Source: Hydrolagus colliei
Taxonomy: Eukaryota
Assembly (NCBI GenBank): GCA_035084275.1
Contig: CM068747.1
Coordinates: 2,976,001 to 3,040,000, forward strand
DNA: 64,000 nt
Direction of reading: 5' to 3'
The position numbers were made by a program, and so were the translations under genes. Below are positions 11,340-24,500 of this stretch, one piece after another. The notes under the pieces were generated by a model. That model was not told the origin of the DNA. It saw only the letters and a list, made by a program, of their open reading frames with translations, and ran no database searches. Positions within the stretch are counted from its first letter, which is position 1. Every line of letters begins with the position of its first letter.

Positions 11340-12472
11340 CATTAATATTTATTGGAATTTCTATCAATACATAAATTTTCAAAAGTATCAATATGGTTTT
11401 GCTTTAAATAACTTACATTTGAGCATTATAAAACACCTTGTACAATTTATTGAATATTTATTACAAGTGCTCTTGATTCCTGGAAACAGATTATATATTT
11501 ACTTTAATTAAAATAATCTTTCCCACATAAATGAATTCAAATAGTGCATCAGATGAACATGTTCTCACCATTATATATTTGTTATGAAGCCTGATGAAAT
11601 GTTAAAATAGCTTTTCAAAATTTATCACTAGCAATTGCAAAACACTTCGGAATTAGATTTCTTTTAAGAAATTGGCTGGATAAATAATTGTTTGCATGAA
11701 TCTAGAAATGCAAAATGTGAAACATAATTTGACTTTGTTTTAGTAGTTTCTATTTACAAATCTTTTTCAGTGCAAGAAAACACATTTACAAGGGGCACCA
11801 ATGAGGAAAATACTGCAATAAATGTACTGCATTCTTTAATCCATGATCACAGATTGGAAAACATGTTTCCAGCTGTTAGTTTTTGAGCAACAAAGGGGAG
11901 TGTTATGCCATCAACTTTCAAAATATATACAGGAAAACCTTCACTATAAATACTGAAATACCATATTTTCTCTTATTAATAGAGAAAGCATACAAAATAT
12001 TCTATTTGACATTCTTCTCCTTTGACTTCCTTTGACTTTGTATAATAATGAAGACCACTGGGGAGACATCTTCTAAGAGTGGCACTTATTTTTGCTTTTA
12101 TGATATACTGTCATGAATAGCATTCTTCATCTTACAATGCTGATTTCAAGTATGTCACAGTGGAAACATAGTTTTACGTTTTGCAGGTCAATTAAGAATA
12201 TTTCCAATACTAAGTGCACTCACTGCATCTCTCTAAAACACAACAATTTTCTTCCACCAAAAATACACAGTTCCTAAATATGTTCAAAACAAAGGTTGAT
12301 TTTTTTCCCAGCACGGAAATGGCAGATCATTCTTTCAATATTCAAACATAATCCTGCAATACAACAGATGTGTATAGTTTGTTGAACCATTTTCTATTGG
12401 AAAGGACATTGCCAGAGCATGGACATGGTCACAGTCCTCAGTCGATAAGTCCGGAGTGGCAGGTTTGTCTTC
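11340..12472 (-). other. PIKFYVE: Probable PIKFYVE 3'UTR; AATAAA candidates at 11446-11451, 11457-11462 and 11348-11353
   Basis: AT-rich, repeat-free stretch after the stop codon with clustered AATAAA hexamers on the - strand. Confidence 0.55.
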
Positions 12473-12588
12473 TCAGCAGTTCAAACCTAGGTTTGTCCAG
12501 TGTTCTGGGACCATCAGGAAGTACTTGTCCATCGCTTCACAGAATCGCGTTCGGTAAAGTTCTGGAGAGACCACAGTGGGCATTTTTC
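12473..12588 (-). CDS. PIKFYVE: PIKFYVE coding exon 41 (last)
   Basis: [32 protein letters not shown]. Confidence 0.95.
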
Positions 12589-15500
12589 CTATTCAAAAAG
12601 CAGTAATATTCAGTTTAAAAAATGCAACATTGTTTTGTATTCACAATCATATGTTCACCTCCTAAAGTACTAACACCACCAACGGTTTCAAAGAAGTTAT
12701 TATTAAGTTATTGATTTTAAAATCTGCAGTTTGAAATAGTTTAAATCCTATAACATCAGTATTTTATTGGCTTGTTTTTTCCCATTCAGTTTCGTCCCTA
12801 AATTGACAGACAAGACCAGCTGTTAGTACAGGTTGCTTATAACAGGTTGGACCTGCATCAACCTGAAATGAAATACCTCTGGCTTTCAGCAATGACTAAT
12901 CAGCCTCCTGAGCTAAACTATGGTTGACTTTCAGGTTGTCTCCACCAATGTTATATCCTGTGCCTTGTGTGTAGAAAATAATCTGAGCAGCACTTACTAC
13001 ACACAGCTTGAATGTCAAAAAAAACTCCTCAATAAACTAATTTTTTTCCTGATGTCTGGCAAATCTCCCGAAGTTTGAAACAGCTGCTTGTAGCTCAGAG
13101 TTCCCACTCCGTCATCCGGCCCTATGGGTGGAGCTCGGCTGTGTCTGTGGTGGGGCTTCCCCAGCCATTTCTAGGTAGGCTCTAAATACCGGCAAACTCC
13201 AAAATCCGGGAGGTGTTGGGCCCACCTGGGCTGGATTATTCGAGGTTTTACTGTATTAGGTTTGCACTGTATAAGCACGGTACGCTAACCATGAAGAATG
13301 CCATATAACTGCAAGTTGTTGTTGTTCGTGACACATAATAATCCTTGCATCTACCGCCCTAACCGCCCAGCCATCGGTGGCCGGGCGTTCAGCCTCTCTG
13401 CTCCCACACTGTGGAACTCCATCCCGCAGCCCCTCTGCCTCGCTTCCTCTCTTTCCTCCTTCAAGGCCGGTCTCAAGACCTTCCTCTTCGACCGCGCCTT
13501 CGGCTGCCCCACTAACTTTTCCCCCTCTCCCACTCTCCTTCCCCTTCCCCCGCCCCTCCCCCACCTCCCATTCCCCCCGCTCGGGTCCCGACCAGACTGT
13601 TCAGTGCTTTGGGACATCCTCTCGCCGTGAAAAGCGCTATATAAGTGCAATTTTGTTGTTGTTGTTGCATTCGATATAGTACTTTTCACATCTTCTAGAA
13701 TTGTATATTTGAGGGCAAAACAGGACAGCCAATTGCGCACAGCAGTGTCCCACAAACAGTTGTGGATTGAAATGACCAATTTATTATTGTTTTTTTTCTC
13801 TCCAAGGGATTATTATCAGTCATGCCAAGTAAGGAAACTTGCCCAGATTTTGCCCTGCCTGGAATTGAACCCAGGTCTCTCGCTTGCAAGGTAAGTGCTC
13901 CAACCACTGAGCTACGGGACTCCACAAGTACAAACATGTACACACAAATAGATTAGCAATCATTTTGTTAACAGTGACACTTCGTGAAATTTACTGCTGT
14001 GTTTACCCAAGTACAAGATATTATTGTGCACCCCCACCCTCCAAATAGCCAACATTTCCCCAATTTTAGTTGTGGATTGTTGCGAGAAACTCATCTTTTC
14101 AAAAATTGCATGGGATCTTCAGCATCCATCTGCACTGGAACATGGGACGTTAGTTTAACATGTCATCCGTAGGACGCACATCCAACATTGCAACACCCAC
14201 CCCCACTTAAACGTTAGCCTAATTACATAAGTTCAAAGTCTCAAAGTAGGACTTGAACCCACGACTTTCTGACTTAAAGGCAAGAGTTCTATCAACTAAA
14301 TCCAAATGACACTAGTTTAACTGTGGTGGGTATTAATAAATTGAATGTAAACATGTAAACGCATAAATACAAGCATGGCATCTGCACACTTACCCTGTCC
14401 TCCCAAGATTCCTGTAGACTTCACAACCATCTCAAGTTTTTTATCCCACGTAAAAGTTCTGATGTAATCTAAATTGTACAAAACAAGGTGCTGAGAAAAC
14501 AATCTGAGAAAAATAATAATAACAATTTTTCTTACTGCAACAATATTTAAATGTCTGAATCTGATGTGAGTCAATGTGTTTTTAAACACATTTTGCTTTT
14601 CTTCACCAATATTAGTTTGGCTCTGACAGTGCAGGGAACGTTACACTGTGCGACTAAACAATTATTTCACTGTTCAGCAATGCTGATAGTGTGGAGGCAC
14701 ACACAGTGTTCCAACTTCATTTAAAAAAACACTTTCTTTGCAACAGAAATTCCTTTCTCCCTAGCATATTGCTAAAATGTAAAAAATATTGTTAACAATA
14801 ATCTCGAGTTAGGCAGCAAGAATAAAAAGCATTGAACTCGCTTACATTGAATGTACTATATTACTAGATATAAATTAAGAGATTCAATTTAATAATAGTT
14901 AGCATGTCTCACCAATAATTCCAACAACTAGCTCATCAGAAGTATCATCTCGACCCACAAGTAGGGAATAATCTATGATGAGGTGGCTTGAGAGAAAGTA
15001 TGCGTCACTGTGAATGGATGCTCGGAGTACAGCCTTGCAGTGCGAACGAATGTAAAGAGGATGATCACGAATCATTTTTAATAAGTTTTCGTCCAGTAAT
15101 ACCACGTCACATGTCTCCTTTCCAGTTTCTGTCTTAACGTTCCGATTTCGCAAGGAACCCTTTAAATCAAAAACCTGCAAAAAGGAGAAGATCAGTGAGC
15201 GAATAAATAAGTTTTCATAATAACTGTAGAAGTATACATTCAAGCTCCAAGCAGCAAGAATATTTTAACACTGAAACATAGTAGTTTCTTAAACATTGTA
15301 CTGAGATTAGAATGTGACATATAACTCAAGGTATAAGAACAGAATATAGCAACCATTCCATCTTTCAGTATTATAGCATTGCCGACTTAAGCTTGGCAAT
15401 GCTAAAATAGTGACTGGATTTTTGTCAAATTAAACAACTGATCAATCATTGCAATCTTTGTAGTAAATTGTAGGATTATTTCAACGACCCAAGATTTTAA

Positions 15501-18500
15501 CATTACAGATCCCATAACATACAAACATAAAATACATTTCAATTACAAATAGACTATTGCACAATGTGCCTGAAAAGACATGTACCTGAGACATTTTTCT
15601 CCCATAGAAGAGGTTCTCCATAACCAAAAGATCCAGTTTCTTCTCTGTATTGTTTTGAGAGTTTTTGTAGCCTATCCGATAAACCCCCAGAATTTTGGCT
15701 AATGCAGTAGGTCTCTATTATATTTCAGAGTGTGTGTGGGGGGGGGGGGGGGGAAACAGATTTGCAGTTTTAATGCATATTTAATTTGAAAATGTCAGTT
15801 GATTAAACAACATTTTAAGACTATATTTCAGATCATTTAACTCGTAAGTTGCAAACTTGTGAACATAAATAATAGTACACACAATTAATAAACTTCCCAG
15901 ATGCTACAATTCACAACCTTGCCTTAAGTTGAAAGACTGCAATGACCATGTACACAGATATGTTGTTATATCTACAAATACAGAAATTTCACTTTACATA
16001 AAACCTTGAAGCACAGGTTTTACTGTGAAATGCAGTGACTGTGTACATTAACATTCTGAGACATCTCGACAATATGATAACTATCAATTGAAAAGATTAT
16101 TTCTGTTAATGTAATCCGCCAAGTAGTAACTCGTAGAAAGGCAGACATAGAGGTCTCAAGGCCTCTGCTCTTTCGTTTGTCGAAACGCAAGTTTTAAGTA
16201 CATTTTTTGCAAGTTCCTTTATTCCTGGGTTACATACCAATCTAACTGTCAGGCTCCTGTAAATGCCATTGCTGAATTAACTGTGACTGCAGGATATACA
16301 CAACAGTTGGTCAGAGACAAGCCCTCCCAATTTTCTTTCTAGTCAGAAGTATTTGAACCTGCCTCGCTGCATTGCCATGGCTAACATTATGAACACTTAA
16401 TGTATGGAAAATTGTTTCAATGAATTCCATGAGTTTCTTTTTAAATCACCAGTTACACCTTAAACCTAAAAGCACTTTAACTGAAAAGCACTTCAAACAT
16501 TACTTTGTGTGAAACATTTAAATGCTGCCACAGGTTACTGGCTAAAAACAGTGTCATGAGATTATTTTTTAAAAAGCATGGAATCTAGAACAATAGTGAA
16601 TAAGCTCTAATTGCAATCTTTAGGCACACTTTTGCTGAAATAAATCCACAATTTCATATGGACAGTTACCTTTTGCTGAACAGCAGTAGTAATGTAGCTA
16701 AAATAATGGGGAGCAAAATCCAGGAAAGACTGGACTTCTAGACGAGGCATCTGCTTCAGAATAAACCGGTCGTCTGGAAAAGTTAAAGTGAAATAAATTC
16801 TAAACTTCGATGCTTTTGAAAATTATCTTTCATATTAAATCATATCATAACTGAGCTCAAAGTCTAGGCTGACGACATGATGACATTAAAAAAAAGGTGA
16901 TTATGTCCTGGTCAGCAAAGCTCCATTTCATAGGTTGTATGCCTTGTGCTGTTTGTGGGAACTTGTTAGCAAAAATGGCAAAACACTTAAATATAAATTG
17001 GCTAGTGCATTCAGATAACACATTAATCTTTATTAATGTCCTTGCCAACAATCCCTGAATTTCACATCATGACTGTTTGTGGGACATTACTGTGTGCAAA
17101 TTTGGAGTTGAGTTGCAGATCAACCCCAACCTAACAGAATGGTGGAATAAGCTTGAGGGGCTTATTGACCGTTCTTAAACAGTTTTTGCTGGTTTGCCCA
17201 TAAAATGCTCATTTAGTTTACGCCATTGTACATTACATGCTGGGCGGTAATTTGGATTGTGTGTAATTACCCAATTCCTTCTGTTCTCTAGCTTATATCT
17301 ACACTTTTACAATTTTCATTTTGTCCTGAACTTTTGGGAGTTAATAATACAAATGGTTCAATTTTCAACTTTTATCTGTAGTCATTGTTAAATAAGCTTA
17401 TTTCTGTCTCTTCATCACCAATCAAGTCATTTGTAAATAAAGTAATGGGTGAAAAGTAGAAATAAAAATTACTATGTAGATTGTTAGCTCCATTATTATG
17501 GAACCAGTTACAAATTTAACACAATTTAGTATAAAGTATTCAGAGTAATAGACCAGTATCTGGTTTAACAGAACTATACTATTTAATGGTAATGTCTTAT
17601 TAATTTTCTTCCATGACTTACCTTCTGTTGCATAAAAGGCTGCTCCCGATTTTCCTCCGCGAGCTTGCCACGGCACACAGTGAGACAGAGATCGAATGAA
17701 GTCATCTTCGTTGCTTCCCAAAACCACATCTCGCATTTTATGGAATTCTTCAGCATAATAAATCCGGCAATAAAATTTTGCATTTGCATCTGAAAATTCT
17801 GCGCAAAAGTGAAACAATGTGATAAATTGGGAGGAATTGTGATCAAATCTCACTTAATGTAAAGCTATCTCTCCCAACCAAAGTACTTTGCTATTTGACA
17901 TGCATGTAACATTGTATTACAAGAGCTGCACTAAAGTTTAACAAATGACAATACCTGGCAGAGGAAAACAGTAATGCAGTTTGGATAACATTTAGAAACA
18001 ATTCAAAGCTTTTGTTGGCAATCAGCATAAATTGGTTCCTTCCAATGGTTATTTTATAATAAACCTTTTAATTTAATGTTTGGTTTAGTATTTTTCCATC
18101 TTTATGCTCAAACGTCAAATGCCAATCAAAGAGTAATGAACATTTGGTGACAAATGACTTATACTTTTTATACTTTCTCCTCCCATATTACAGTACTTAA
18201 AGACACTGAATAATGCATATGTACACCTCACAAATACACTAGAATGAATGCACTATGCTCCAAGAAATATGTTTCAGAAGCAGTGAGCAATTTGATTTTG
18301 AATACATAATAACTTTGTCAATTGATGGATCAATCTGGTTTTCTTAAAAGTAAACCGTAGTGACAAAAAGGCTAAATGTCCGCCTGTACGAAGACAGAAC
18401 ATAGCAACACAAATGGGTCATTCAGCCTTTTGAGCAATATTACTTGATCTTCACGACCACAGCTTTTAATCCCATCTCCTCACCTTTTCTCTAAATCCCT

Positions 18501-21500
18501 GAATATACTTCCTTCCTTAAGTACCTCTCAACCTTTTAAGAGGTCAATTTCAAATAATTTAACAATCCTTGAATTTGATGCTGGAAAACAACTGATTTAA
18601 AGGCTATGGATAAAAACGTTGACACTGAAGGTGAAGGATTTATTCAAGTTACTGATTTTAAAGGTGATCTCAAGCGCTAAGTCACCTTTCCAAAATTCTA
18701 AATGTCTCTTATTTCCTGGTATCCTCTTGCACTGTTCTATAATTTAGCACCCAGTAAGTGTATTAAATGTAGAAGCATTTTAGTAAATGGGCCTAAATTG
18801 CAAGTTGCTGTACATTCGAAATGCTGCCCTGATCACTTTTATAAGTCAGTGTCAAACAGTAACTACTTCCTTTATTCATAAATCTAGCTGAAAAGACCAT
18901 TCACTACATGTATAAACTTGTAACTGCTCGCATCTGAAGTTTGTGATTGTAATAGTAGTGTAATATATACATGAGTAGTCAGTATCTAAGCCCAGTAACT
19001 TTTTCTCATGGCCACAATAATACTCTTCTCCTCCCCTTCCACAACCTGCCACAGACAAAGATTTAAGCGAGTTATCAGACAGCCCCAAATACTGTCTGCA
19101 ATACTTACGCAGCTCTACGTGTGGGTTTCCCAGCTGTTTCTTTTGTTTATCTCCACCATCACCATCACCTAAAACAATTCCAACACTGAACTAATTAAAA
19201 TACATGGAAAAGCATTACTGGAAAAACAATGCCAACTCATGTTTAGCCTACACAGTATCATTGTTCCTGGATGAATAACAACAATAAATCTTTTTTTTTA
19301 AGGGATACTAAGTGTTAAGAATCAACCAACCAAAAATGAATGTTTAGTCAATGTGAACTGTGATTTCATTTTCATCTGTAGTTATATCTCAAACCTGATG
19401 TGATTAGTATTGCAAACTGATATATGCTGCATGTAACTATAGCTTGAAAATATATTTAGAGAAAAAAAAAGGCAAAAAGAGTCCAGGGTTGTCAAAACAG
19501 TTAGTATTCACCAGACAAGTTGAATATTAAACTCATTCAAGTTAACAAATAGGTTAGCATTATTAGTAAGATAGCAAAGATCTGACAGGATTAAAGATGT
19601 TTTTTCAAGCATCAAGAAATGTTTCCTATATGAAACACCAGATCTATTTATTAATGAGTTTTATTTTTTCTCTCATTAATTTACTTCTGGCGATGATACT
19701 TGGAACTAAATGGAAGCCTCAGTGAGTGCTGGCAAAGCCATTCAGTTGTGTGTCTGTGTCTGCTTGTGGTCCTGTAGGTACAGTGGCAGAGAAAGGAGAT
19801 TATTGCAGTTGGGAACACTGTCGTGTGCAATTGGCTGCTGAATTTTGCCTACAAATATACAGTCAATTCACTTTACAGTATATTCTGTGAAGCGCTTTGA
19901 GACGTCGATAAGATGTGAAAAGCGCTATACCAAATGCAAAGATTATTATTATAAACCCTAAAACCTGATTTTCAGCTTTCATTACAACCTATAAGGCTGA
20001 AGAGCTGAGGTTTCTTTTGGAGGTGGGTCTTTCCAGCAATTCAATGTTCTACTTTTATGTGACATGACACAAGACATTTATTGGTTAATGAACCAGAAAA
20101 CAATGCACTGCAAAGGCTTTTGCCCCTGAAAAAAGTATTTACAAATGTTTTACTTCCATAAATATGCTTTTAAAAGCCTTTTACAATTATGTACCGTACT
20201 TATCCCTAATTTGATTGGCAGAATATTCACAATACATTCATCATGATCTGTAATCTCTGCATTGAATTCATGCTTTGCAGTTATTAGAGTTGATACACAT
20301 CTGCAGTAGTGTAAGAACTGTACAGGCCTTGATGATTGTACCAATTTATTATAGGGACCAATACTGATCTGCTGGAATAGATCACATCATAGTACATAGT
20401 CCTTGTGATGCAATGCAAAATAGTACAATTCTAGATGTTCACAATTCCGTCATATTCCTGCATTTTCAAAAATTGTCATCATGCAAAATATACATGTTGT
20501 ATTTCTTCACCTACACCTCCATTTGCATTGATGCTCAGACTATAAAAACAAACTCAAACTAAAACTTATGAAACTCCAGCTATGTTAAAACTTTCTACAG
20601 AAGTATCACCTTTGCTATATCAAGTAGTATAAATGAACACAATGTCTTCCCCTCCATATTTTTGTTTGTTTAACCTATGCTATTCCCAGCTAAGTCTCTG
20701 AAAGGTAATATGTTTCAAAATTATAGGTAGGAAGCCCTCTTATTTTGCATCTAGCCTCTTCCTCATCATCTAATTGCAAGGTTGAGATCAAGCTCTTGCC
20801 ACATGGAGAAGTGTAGGAGTGAAGCACATCCTACTTCTTCTGCATCTGGATCCTCAGAGCAACTACTCTTATGACAATTAGCATCAAAATGTTTTCTTAA
20901 GCAAATTGGTGGAGGTGGCTGTTCATGTTCAATTTTATTTTGGGATTAGGAGGGAAAAGAAGCAAGGTTACTTTATAAAATAGGCTTAATTACACTTGGA
21001 ATTTGCAAACTTTAATGAAACAAATGTCACCTCCTCCCCCTCCCCCAAAACACAATGACTCAAGCTGGAGAGCTGGCCCACAATCACTGAGCATGATCTG
21101 ATACCTTGCACAATAGGATATTCATATACAAGATGAATAGCAAGCGTCAGTAGACTAGTAATTAATACACCAAAGCCAAACTTCATCTGTCTAATCAAAC
21201 ATCCATAAACCTTTCAGCAGGGGAATTGGACGATCGCAATCCGGAGCAGAAACCCTGGTGTTTTTCCCAGCTGCACTGAGGCTAACAGAAGGATCTCCAC
21301 TACTCCCCCAGATAAAATCAGCAAATTCAGCACACACAAGGAATCAAACATGGGTCCTTCCAGGTCAAATTTCAAAACAGTATAGAAATGAAGTTTGATG
21401 AAAGATGGAAATTTGAGAATTGGAAGAATCTCAATTTAAATATTCTGGCAATCAGACCTAGAAAAGAAATACAAGGCATTTTAAAATTCACTAGAATTGG

Positions 21501-24500
21501 TGAGCGTTTCATTTCATTGCAAAATAATTGTCAATGCTCTTACAAAAAAAACAGAAAAATCCACAAGAAAGATGCAATAACAGCGCCAAAGAGAATGGAA
21601 GCTATTTGTGCCAATTTAAAACTAATGACACATCTGGACGACATAATGTCTGGAATTCATTCCGAGTGGCTGCTACAATTCACAGCAAGTAAATGACAGC
21701 ACTGCTGGGCGAACAAAGCAGGTTCTTTGCTAGAAGCTGCTTTGTTCGTCCAACAGTACTGTCCAAAATATCTTGAAAGAGTTCCAAAATATCTTGAAAT
21801 TTTTTGCAACAGAGAAAGGAAAAGTATAATTTGTCAGGAACAGAGACATCCAAGAGAAACATAAATTATAATTCTAAAAGGTTTAGTGCGTCACAGACTG
21901 GCAGTTAACTGTACCTTGCAACTCTGCAGCATGATTCTCTGCCCCTTCTTTCCCTGATTGTGTGACCTGGTAATAAGCACTATCTGCACCTCGTAAAGTC
22001 TCTTTTCTCTGTATGGACAGATCAGGGCTTCTACCCCCTGAACCTCGGAAAAATGACAAAACGCCAGATGTCTTTCTTGCTAGAAAAGAGCAAGAACATT
22101 TTTTTTATAATTTCTAAAATGAATCCTAATGATATTTGCATAGAAATAAAAGAAGTAAGCCAGCAGCACTCAAAAAATCAGTGGTGCTGCTGAACAAGAT
22201 CACTGGAAAGCTGGTACCTCTAATGTATATCTTAAACACTTTCAACCATGAACTTACATTGTTGGTCAGAGTCAGAGCTACGATTCCCTTGGTTACTGCT
22301 GCTCTCTAGCTGCCTCGCAGGGCTATTGGTCTTAGTCCTGTCCACACTATTGAAAAACAGGGAGCGAAGAAATTGAAACATCTTTATAATAAAGGGAACG
22401 GTAAATGCGCAACATACACAGAATTATTCAAAATCAATGCAAAAGCAATAAACAAAATGTACTATAATACCATGGAAGACACTGAAAATGGAACTAAATG
22501 TGGTGTGAACAGTGGAACGCAAATTAAGAGGGAAAACCCATAGTCCCAAACTAATTTGATGCTGACTCTGGACGATATTTATAAAGTTGACTTTAACGAA
22601 TGACAACAACAAAATTACATTTGCATAGCACCTTTCACATCGGGAGGATGTCCCAAGGCACTATACAGACAGTATTCCTGACCAATCAGCCTCAGAATGC
22701 AGTTGCAGATCATTAGACCAGTCTATGCAAATTGGTGACATTCATTAGATAACACCACAATCTGTCTTCAGAGCCTTCCAGTTCCACAAAGTATTCCCTT
22801 CTTTTACCCCCCCCAATTACTTTGCCTGTTGTGCTCCTTCGTCACTGCCATTCTTCACATATTCTCCTCCAAGGTCTTCTAAAGTATTCTTATATTCTTT
22901 GCAGCTATAGAAAATATTATTTAAAACAAAGAAATTAAATTTTTAAAAATTTACTGGTGTATGTGTTCAGGCAAAAGAGAAAACATGATTTAGAACCGGA
23001 GTACCTGAGTGCAAATGCTATGATGGAGCTTGGCTCCTTCTCACACACTGGAATTGGTACACGCTCATGTTCCCACATAAGATAGTGCTTATCTGGATCA
23101 CTGTTTAAAAATAAAAACAGGATTACATGACCATCATATTGGCAACATATCACAAGTTGTTGCAATTCATTTTTGCAGCCCACCAATTGGCAGTTTTCAA
23201 CACTCAATATAATAATTCTTAGCCATTCGTTACTTTTTTTGGTCAGCTGTGTCTGCCACATGTGGCACTGTGCTTAAGAATATCAAACTAAGCTGAAATT
23301 TCCATACAACCCACATATTCTTGGAAATCTCAGGAATAGATTGTTGGAATAGAATGCACACTCTCTCCCTGGAGAGACGCATCCTTCTTACCTAATTCCG
23401 AAAAGCAAAGGTTGGCAAGAGCCAAGCCTCTGGGATCTCAGAGGCAAAGAACCTTCCTCTTCAGAAGACATCTTAAAGCACTACACAGGATGTACTGTAA
23501 AGTGCAGTGACTGTATTTGTTGGCAAACAATGGCAACTCATCTGTGCAAAGCAATGATGCATAACAGTTCCAATATGAATGTCCAATTCTATTTGGGGAA
23601 TAATTGGCCAGGACACCAGAAGAAACCCATTTTCATTTTGAATAGTGTTATGGGTTCTTAAATTAGCATCTGAATAGGCCGATGAGAAAGGCTGACATAT
23701 GTTTTTAAATGGAAATTAAATTATGTGAAGAATATTACCAAACATAAAATGTAATAGTACATTTGAATATTCAACATATGAAGAATACAGGCCAAAAAAA
23801 AAGTCCTGAATGAGTGTCTCGACAGCCTTTATCTTTTGCTGTAAATATTATGGAAGCGTCAATGCTAAAGTAGGGGAAGGAGGAGGATGTAAATATAGCT
23901 AGTTTGCTCTTTGGAGTGGTATGATTTGTGGCTGTACTTTTGTGAGAAGTCTTTCACGGACAACCTTTGTGTAGATATCTTACATTCTGAAATAAAACAC
24001 CTCATTGTAAATGTCAGAATTTTACATTTTTTGGGCAGAAATTAGAATTAACATGTCTATATTTTGAAAAAAATAACTTGCATAATATTTAAGTATAAAT
24101 TTAAAAGAACTTACAAGGGAAATGGAATGGGATTATAGCTGTTTCCAGGAAGTAAGTTGGCAAAAATAGCCTTCATTGTTGACTTTTCTTTCACTTGACT
24201 GTCACAGGAACCCAGCAAGTGTCCATCATAGGTATCTGTAAAGATTCATCATAACATATTGCAATGAGAAACTCTAACAAACACGTAACAGGCTAAACAA
24301 CATTTAATTTTGAAAACAAAAACCATAGAAATACAGTACAATTCGCATAATGCCTATCTTTATAAATCATATAATTGTCTAAATCATACCAAGTCCCATT
24401 CAGTTTCCCATCAAAACCACTTTGATTTCTGTGTATTTGTTGTAGTTATCATCCTATAACTTGTAGCATTGCTCCGCTATTCTGTATTACTTCTGAACCT

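Noticed and set aside
21762-21800. Short tandem duplications (TCCAAAATATCTTGAAA twice; also ACATGCCCTAAACCGG twice at 37049-37081)
   Set aside because: Ordinary slippage duplications with no supporting structure.
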